49,724 nt of DNA, from assembly GCA_043810925.1 (NCBI GenBank), contig JBDRNT010000008.1:1-49724 (forward strand). The letters are read 5' to 3'. Position numbers and translations under genes: made by a program. Below the pieces are notes generated by a model, which was given only the letters and a program-made list of their open reading frames with translations, had not been told where the DNA came from and did not search any database. This DNA is from Candidatus Eiseniibacteriota bacterium (GTDB taxonomy: Bacteria; Arandabacterota; Arandabacteria; Arandabacterales; Arandabacteraceae). Shown in pieces: positions 44,738 to 49,724 of this stretch (the stretch's first letter is position 1; each line of letters starts with the position of its first letter).

Positions 44738-45109
44738 ATGGACAAACACATAACTCTTGCAGCGGCGCTCAACCTCGCGTTCGGAATTCTGGGCGTTCTG
44801 GTCGCCTTCATGCTCTTCGTTTTCATCGTGGGTGCGGGCATTGTGTCACGCGATCCGCATGCGATCAGAGTGACATGGATTGTGGGTACGGCGATCGCTT
44901 TCATCCTTACTCTGACATCCGTGCCGGCAATCATCGGTGGCCTGGGGCTGCTCAAACGGAAATCATGGGCGAGGATTCTACTGCTCATAGTCTCGGCCCT
45001 GCAGCTTCTTGATATCCCGCTCGGAACGGCCCTGGGAATCTATACCATATGGGTGCTTATCCAGGATGAGACCAAGACCATGCTTGAACCCGGTCCCCCG
45101 GTTGCATAG
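44738..45109 (+). CDS. Hypothetical membrane protein (3-4 TM)
   Basis: MDKHITL...GGLGLLKRKSWARIL...DIPLGTALGIYTIWVL; GGAGG SD. Confidence 0.8.
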   Translation: MDKHITLAAALNLAFGILGVLVAFMLFVFIVGAGIVSRDPHAIRVTWIVGTAIAFILTLTSVPAIIGGLGLLKRKSWARILLLIVSALQLLDIPLGTALGIYTIWVLIQDETKTMLEPGPPVA

Positions 45110-45206
45110 AAGCCTGTTCCGGCAATTCTCCGCAGGTTGACCACACTCCTGTTTTGTGATATGATAGCATTTGGGATATTGAATAAGCAGACATTGGAGG
45201 CCTACC

Positions 45207-47252
45207 ATGAAGCAGTCCGTGCTAATTGTTATGCTGGCGGTGATGTTCAGTTCTGCCTTGAGCCTGCCGGTCCTTGGCGATTCGGGTTTCAAGCCCCTGG
45301 CTGTCGACCGCTTTCCCGATCCTGCCCAGTATGAGGCGGGTTCCAGGGAGTGGCTCCGGGCCGTCGAGGCTTTGAAATACCGGCCGCTTGCCGACGCGAG
45401 CTTTATCGACAACTGCCCGCACGATTTCGACGTGCTCCACTACGACATCACGCTGGACATCGATCTCGACAACGAACTCATCTACGGCAATACCGCTGTC
45501 CTTTCTGTGAGCCAGGTGCCGGGACTCGCCTCGATCAATCTCGATTTCACCGTTCTCACCGTCGATTCCGTCTTTGCCGGAGGTGACACTGCAAGCTACG
45601 TCTATGCCGACCCGGTTCTTACCATAGACCTGGACCGGACCTATGCCGCAGGTGACTCCTTTGAGGTATGCGTGGACTATCACGGACATCCGGGTAATGA
45701 GGGGGCCGATGGCTTCGGGGGCTTCTACTTCGGAGGTACCCCTACGATGGCCTACCAGATGGGGGTTGGACTTACGAGCGATCCCCCGTCGATGGGCAAG
45801 TACTGGTTTCCATGCTGGGACTGGCCGTGCGATAAGGCGACGGCCAAGTACACCGTAACCGTTCCCGGTCTGGGTAAGCGAGCTGTGTGTAACGGGGTAC
45901 TTATCGATTCTTACAAGGATTCAACAGCGGAGACATCCACCTATGTGTGGTCGGAAACATATCAGATTGCTCCGCACCTCATGACGGTTCATGGTCGCAA
46001 GTACACCGAGATCGTGGACTCGACCTATGACTGGATCTACTACTGGGTATACCCCACTGATGCAGAGGACGCTCTGATCCATTTCCAGAATGTCGACATA
46101 ATGATGGATGGCTTCATCGAGCGCTACGGACCGTATCCATTCGGCAAGTTCGGGTATGTGGAAGCGCCCAACGGTGACATGGAACATCAGACATGCGTCA
46201 CACACGTGGCTTCCGTGGTCAACCCCAACCATCTCTACGACTGGCTGCTCGCCCACGAGATGGCTCACCAGTGGTGGGGTGATTGCATCTCGGTCAATGA
46301 CTGGCGTGACATCTGGCTTAGCGAGGGTTTTGCCACCTACTCGGAAGCGGTCTTCAACGAGCACGCATACGGTATTACGTCTTATCATAGTTACATGCAG
46401 AACCACATCATGAACCCGGTGCTGAATTCCGGCGAGAACTTCCCCATCTATGATCCGATCAACCTGTGGGGTACGACCGTGTATGAAAAGGGAGGCTGCG
46501 TACTCCACATGCTACGCCATGTTGTCGGTGACTCCATATTCTACGCAAGCCTCGCCGCCTACCGGGAAGCTTACGAGTACGAGAGCGCAACGACGGTCCA
46601 GTTCCAGGCCGAGGTCGAGACCGTGAGCGGCCAGGACCTTGACTGGTTCTTTGACGAGTGGATCTACGACAGGCACTGGCCCGAATACGAATACTCCTGG
46701 CACGCCGAGGGCGTCAAGGCCGGTTATGATCTAAGTCTCATAATCGATCAGGTTCAAGCCACCGGCCCGGTCTTCGCGATGCCCGTTGAAGTGGGTATAA
46801 CCACCGTGGCAGGCGACACGCTGGTAGTACTGTGGGTAGACGCGGCCAGCGATACGTTTAGCGTTTCGCTCGCATCCGAGCCCACAGCCGTAGAACTCGA
46901 TCCCGATAACTGGATCCTCAATGAGGCTGCGGAAGTACCATACGCGGGTCTTGGTGAGAAGGTTGCGGTCGCACCCGGACTCAGGCTGGAGCAGAACGCA
47001 CCCAACCCCTTCGGCCCCGCGACCACAGTCAGGTACTCGGTACCGAGGTCACAGCATGTTCGGCTTGAGATCTTTAACCCTTCGGGTCAGAAGGTTATCA
47101 CGCTGCTCGATGAGACCGTACCCGCGGGATGGCGACAGGTGAATTGGAATGCACGCGATGCACGCGGGAAACCCGTGGCGCCCGGAACCTATTTCTGCAG
47201 GCTGAGTGCCGAGGACGGCACCAGGGTACGGCGTTTCATCCGGCTTCGCTAG
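45207..47252 (+). CDS. Secreted M1-family Zn aminopeptidase with C-terminal FlgD-Ig/T9SS type A-like sorting domain
   Basis: Signal peptide, WFPCWD, GDMEH, HEMAHQWWG...WLSEGFATY, VYEKG; tail LEQNAPNPF...WNARD..G..VAPGTYF. TTGACC-N17-TATGAT at 45137-45165. Confidence 0.93.
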   Translation: MKQSVLIVMLAVMFSSALSLPVLGDSGFKPLAVDRFPDPAQYEAGSREWLRAVEALKYRPLADASFIDNCPHDFDVLHYDITLDIDLDNELIYGNTAVLSVSQVPGLASINLDFTVLTVDSVFAGGDTASYVYADPVLTIDLDRTYAAGDSFEVCVDYHGHPGNEGADGFGGFYFGGTPTMAYQMGVGLTSDPPSMGKYWFPCWDWPCDKATAKYTVTVPGLGKRAVCNGVLIDSYKDSTAETSTYVWSETYQIAPHLMTVHGRKYTEIVDSTYDWIYYWVYPTDAEDALIHFQNVDIMMDGFIERYGPYPFGKFGYVEAPNGDMEHQTCVTHVASVVNPNHLYDWLLAHEMAHQWWGDCISVNDWRDIWLSEGFATYSEAVFNEHAYGITSYHSYMQNHIMNPVLNSGENFPIYDPINLWGTTVYEKGGCVLHMLRHVVGDSIFYASLAAYREAYEYESATTVQFQAEVETVSGQDLDWFFDEWIYDRHWPEYEYSWHAEGVKAGYDLSLIIDQVQATGPVFAMPVEVGITTVAGDTLVVLWVDAASDTFSVSLASEPTAVELDPDNWILNEAAEVPYAGLGEKVAVAPGLRLEQNAPNPFGPATTVRYSVPRSQHVRLEIFNPSGQKVITLLDETVPAGWRQVNWNARDARGKPVAPGTYFCRLSAEDGTRVRRFIRLR

Positions 47253-47258
47253 TAGTCT

Positions 47259-48242
47259 ATGGTGATCTCAATGCCCAATCATCGAAGCGGATCATGGATA
47301 CGTCCGGCTTTTGTCTTAGTCTGGTTCGTGGTCACTTTGCTCGCCGCGACCTGCACCTGGGGCTACGAGACCGAGCACGTTGCTCTCGTAATCATAGACG
47401 GACTGCGTTACACCGAAGGGCTTGGCGACACCAACCATACCTATGTTCCTCGGATGCATGAGTTGAGCAGACAGGGGGCCATTGTCGAGCCCTTCACGAA
47501 TGACCGCCACACAAATACCCGGCGCGGCATTCCTGCAATCTGGTGCGGCGGTTGGACCGAGGTGCCGGTGTTTTCCGACAGGCACTGCGGCGGGGTTGAG
47601 AACCAATGCTGCGAGCTCCCTACCATATTCGAGTACTATCGCAAGCATCTCTCCCGCCCTGAAACAGACTGCATCTACGTTCTCGGCGATGTCGGCTGTG
47701 TCTGGAAAGCGAGTTTTGCTGCCGACTACGGACCGGACTACTGGCCACTCTATCATTGTGAAGGGACTACGGACCTGGAGGTCTGGGACCAGGCTCAGGC
47801 AGTGCTCAAATCGTACCATCCCTCCTTCTTCCTCCTCTACCTTGACCGTGTCGATCACTTCGGCCACAGCGGAAGCTGGGGCTACTACACACGGTCTATT
47901 GAGATTGCCGATGGCATCGTCGGTATGCTCTGGGATTTCATCCAGTCCGATTCGGTCTATGCCAACACGACGACCATGTTCGTCACCAACGATCACGGCC
48001 GCCACACAGATGATTTCTCCGGCCATGACTGTGACTGTGAAGGCTGTCGCACAATACAGCTGCTCGCAGTGGGACCTGACATAAGGCAGGACCTGGTTTC
48101 GACTGTGCCGCGGACACTCTGCGACATCACGCCTACAATCGGTGAACTGCTCGGCTTCAAGACAGAGAAGGCATCGGGATCGGTGATGCAGGAGCTCTTC
48201 GTTGAGCCCGACACTACCCGGGCCGAGGCACAACCGCAGTAG
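47259..48242 (+). CDS. Secreted alkaline phosphatase/sulfatase-superfamily hydrolase
   Basis: VIIDGLRY, DHFGH, TNDHG, DITPTI metal-binding core; signal-like N-terminus; start codon uncertain. Confidence 0.82.
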   Translation: MVISMPNHRSGSWIRPAFVLVWFVVTLLAATCTWGYETEHVALVIIDGLRYTEGLGDTNHTYVPRMHELSRQGAIVEPFTNDRHTNTRRGIPAIWCGGWTEVPVFSDRHCGGVENQCCELPTIFEYYRKHLSRPETDCIYVLGDVGCVWKASFAADYGPDYWPLYHCEGTTDLEVWDQAQAVLKSYHPSFFLLYLDRVDHFGHSGSWGYYTRSIEIADGIVGMLWDFIQSDSVYANTTTMFVTNDHGRHTDDFSGHDCDCEGCRTIQLLAVGPDIRQDLVSTVPRTLCDITPTIGELLGFKTEKASGSVMQELFVEPDTTRAEAQPQ

Positions 48243-48421
48243 GGATGCGAGCACCCCGGTCCCGGTAAACACCCCATGCTACCACCCCCCACCAATCCCA
48301 CACACAATACGTTACACTGCTGCTAGCGACAGGGGCTTGACGCCACCCGGAGATTTTGGTACGGTCATACCCTCAAGCTGGTTTGCGTTTAAAACCCCTG
48401 GACAAGAGGAGGAGCCTCATC

Positions 48422-49390
48422 ATGCGTAAGGGTTGCGTCGTCGCAATAGTCCTGATTGGAGTTCTCGCCATGGGTACCATAGCAGACGCAGGACCGAAGA
48501 TTTCAGCGAGCGTGGATGGCGTCCGGGGGTTCGGGTACACAAGCTACATTGTCCCCGAATTCCGGACCACTGAACGGTTGGAGAGGGAGCGCAAGTTTCC
48601 GCTCGACGTATTCGTGACGCGACTCAATGTTGGTGTGGAAGGAGCATTCTCCGGTGGCACCCCCTGGCGCTTGCTCATCGACATCGGAAAAAGCGTCAAC
48701 GATCCGGGCGATCTCATGGAGGACACTGGCTGGGTCATCGGTGATGTTGGAGACCACAGCGCGAAGTACTTAGACGTCGAATCGGGGGTCGAACTCGGTG
48801 TGTGGCTCATCGACATCAGCGGGCGTATGGTTTTCTACAGACGACCAGGATTCAGGCTCGAGGGTGTTCTGGGATACGGTTACCGTACGCTTTCATACGA
48901 AGCGTTCGGTGCCGAGGGGTGGCTGTTTGACCCAGGAATTGAGTTCAGTGAGGATGAGGCTCTCAAGGCCCATGACTATGAAGTCACGTATCACATGCCC
49001 TACGTAGGCATGGGAGCGCGCATGCTTCTAATGCAGACCTTGACTATTGACACAGAACTCTCGTACTCCCCTAGAACCTCTGCAAAGGATCGCCATGATG
49101 ATCACGTCATGCATTTCAAGACCAGTGAGTCGGATTGCAGCGGCAAGACAATCATAATCGCCCTTGATACTATCTGGGCGCCGCACCGCGGTGGGAGCGG
49201 GCTTAACTGGTTCGTCGGCATCGGCACTGAAATCAACTATACAACCACCGAAGGAGACCAGACACAAATCTGGTTCGGGGATGATCTGTTCACCGAGGAG
49301 GACGACACAGGCAGGAGGGAGCCCAACATCTTTGCCGAGATCAAGAGCTCGACCCAGTCCATATACCTCCGGTTCGGCGCCGAGCTGTAA
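48422..49390 (+). CDS. Omptin-like outer-membrane beta-barrel
   Basis: Signal peptide, FPLD, MEDTGW, Y.V.Y.MPYVG, DRHDDH; alternating beta pattern and C-terminal YLRFGAEL. Confidence 0.65.
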   Translation: MRKGCVVAIVLIGVLAMGTIADAGPKISASVDGVRGFGYTSYIVPEFRTTERLERERKFPLDVFVTRLNVGVEGAFSGGTPWRLLIDIGKSVNDPGDLMEDTGWVIGDVGDHSAKYLDVESGVELGVWLIDISGRMVFYRRPGFRLEGVLGYGYRTLSYEAFGAEGWLFDPGIEFSEDEALKAHDYEVTYHMPYVGMGARMLLMQTLTIDTELSYSPRTSAKDRHDDHVMHFKTSESDCSGKTIIIALDTIWAPHRGGSGLNWFVGIGTEINYTTTEGDQTQIWFGDDLFTEEDDTGRREPNIFAEIKSSTQSIYLRFGAEL

Positions 49391-49405
49391 TTCCCACGGG
49401 GGCAT

Positions 49406-49431
49406 GTAGCGTCGGGTCTCCGCGCCCGACG
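49406..49431 (+). repeat. GTAG-type REP-like palindrome between convergent genes
   Basis: GTAG-CGTCGGG-TCTCCGCG-CCCGACG; a similar CGTCGGG..CCCGACG stem lies at 25877-25897. Confidence 0.55.
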
Positions 49432-49441
49432 TGAACATCTG

Positions 49442-49724
49442 TCAATCGTCATCCTTCCCGGGGATTACCATCTTAAAGACGATCGGATTGTGGTCGGAGT
49501 AGTACTGGCGGAAGAGATTGTGATCGTAGGGATCTCCGGGGAACGTATCCGCACTTGAAGTCCAATAGGGCCTGACGGCTTCTACGAGATTGATCACGTT
49601 TATATCCGCCTCCGTATCGATCTCCGATGTGTAAGACGGGTGATACATGACATGGTCATAGGGCCTGGGACTATTCAGGTTGGTATTCGTCGGATAGCAC
49701 TCGTCGTTCAGTGAGAGGAAGCCG
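49442..49724 (-). CDS. Endonuclease/exonuclease/phosphatase (EEP) family protein, C-terminal part only
   Basis: Frame is open to the window edge: ...PTNTNLNSPRPYDHVMYH...YSDHNPI, the YDH and SDHxP motifs of EEP enzymes. Confidence 0.8.
   Translation of the reverse strand, partial: GFLSLNDECYPTNTNLNSPRPYDHVMYHPSYTSEIDTEADINVINLVEAVRPYWTSSADTFPGDPYDHNLFRQYYSDHNPIVFKMVIPGKDDD

Overview
GC-rich chromosomal window from an anaerobic diderm bacterium. FlgD-Ig/T9SS-like secreted proteins and a PorV-like barrel suggest an FCB-group or related candidate phylum (inference). From left to right: (1) a minus-strand PVM-like microcompartment operon (pduL, 2 BMC-H, 3 BMC-P, acylating aldehyde dehydrogenase, PduS/PduT-like redox pair, class II aldolase cut by the window edge); (2) a 450-bp intergenic region with a strong sigma-54 promoter driving a putative ~150-nt hairpin RNA that carries a 9-codon ORF, plus a separate sigma-70 promoter for the BMC operon; (3) a Mo-bisPGD oxidoreductase plus RACo/ASKHA activator; (4) malQ, small Cys-rich and ferritin-like genes, tRNA-Ala(GGC), tRNA-Leu(CAA), DUF362, CpXC and cyclophilin genes; (5) a group 3c [NiFe]-hydrogenase (mvhGA) facing an mvhD-protease-hypABFCDE operon; (6) TlpA, FlgD-Ig and PorV-like genes, a PflX-like radical SAM, and a PAS/GAF sensor pair with no kinase ATPase domain; (7) a K+-dependent, probably Na+-pumping membrane PPase, an orphan XDH-family Mo subunit, a lone ilvC and trxA; (8) a tRNA nucleotidyltransferase with the loop deletion typical of CC-adding enzymes, a tRNA sulfurtransferase-like gene, an Fe-S aldo/keto reductase and cysK; (9) secreted hydrolases and an omptin-like barrel. 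No CRISPR array, integrase or transposase was seen, but several REP-like intergenic repeats are present. All calls come from reading motifs by eye; no database searches were run.
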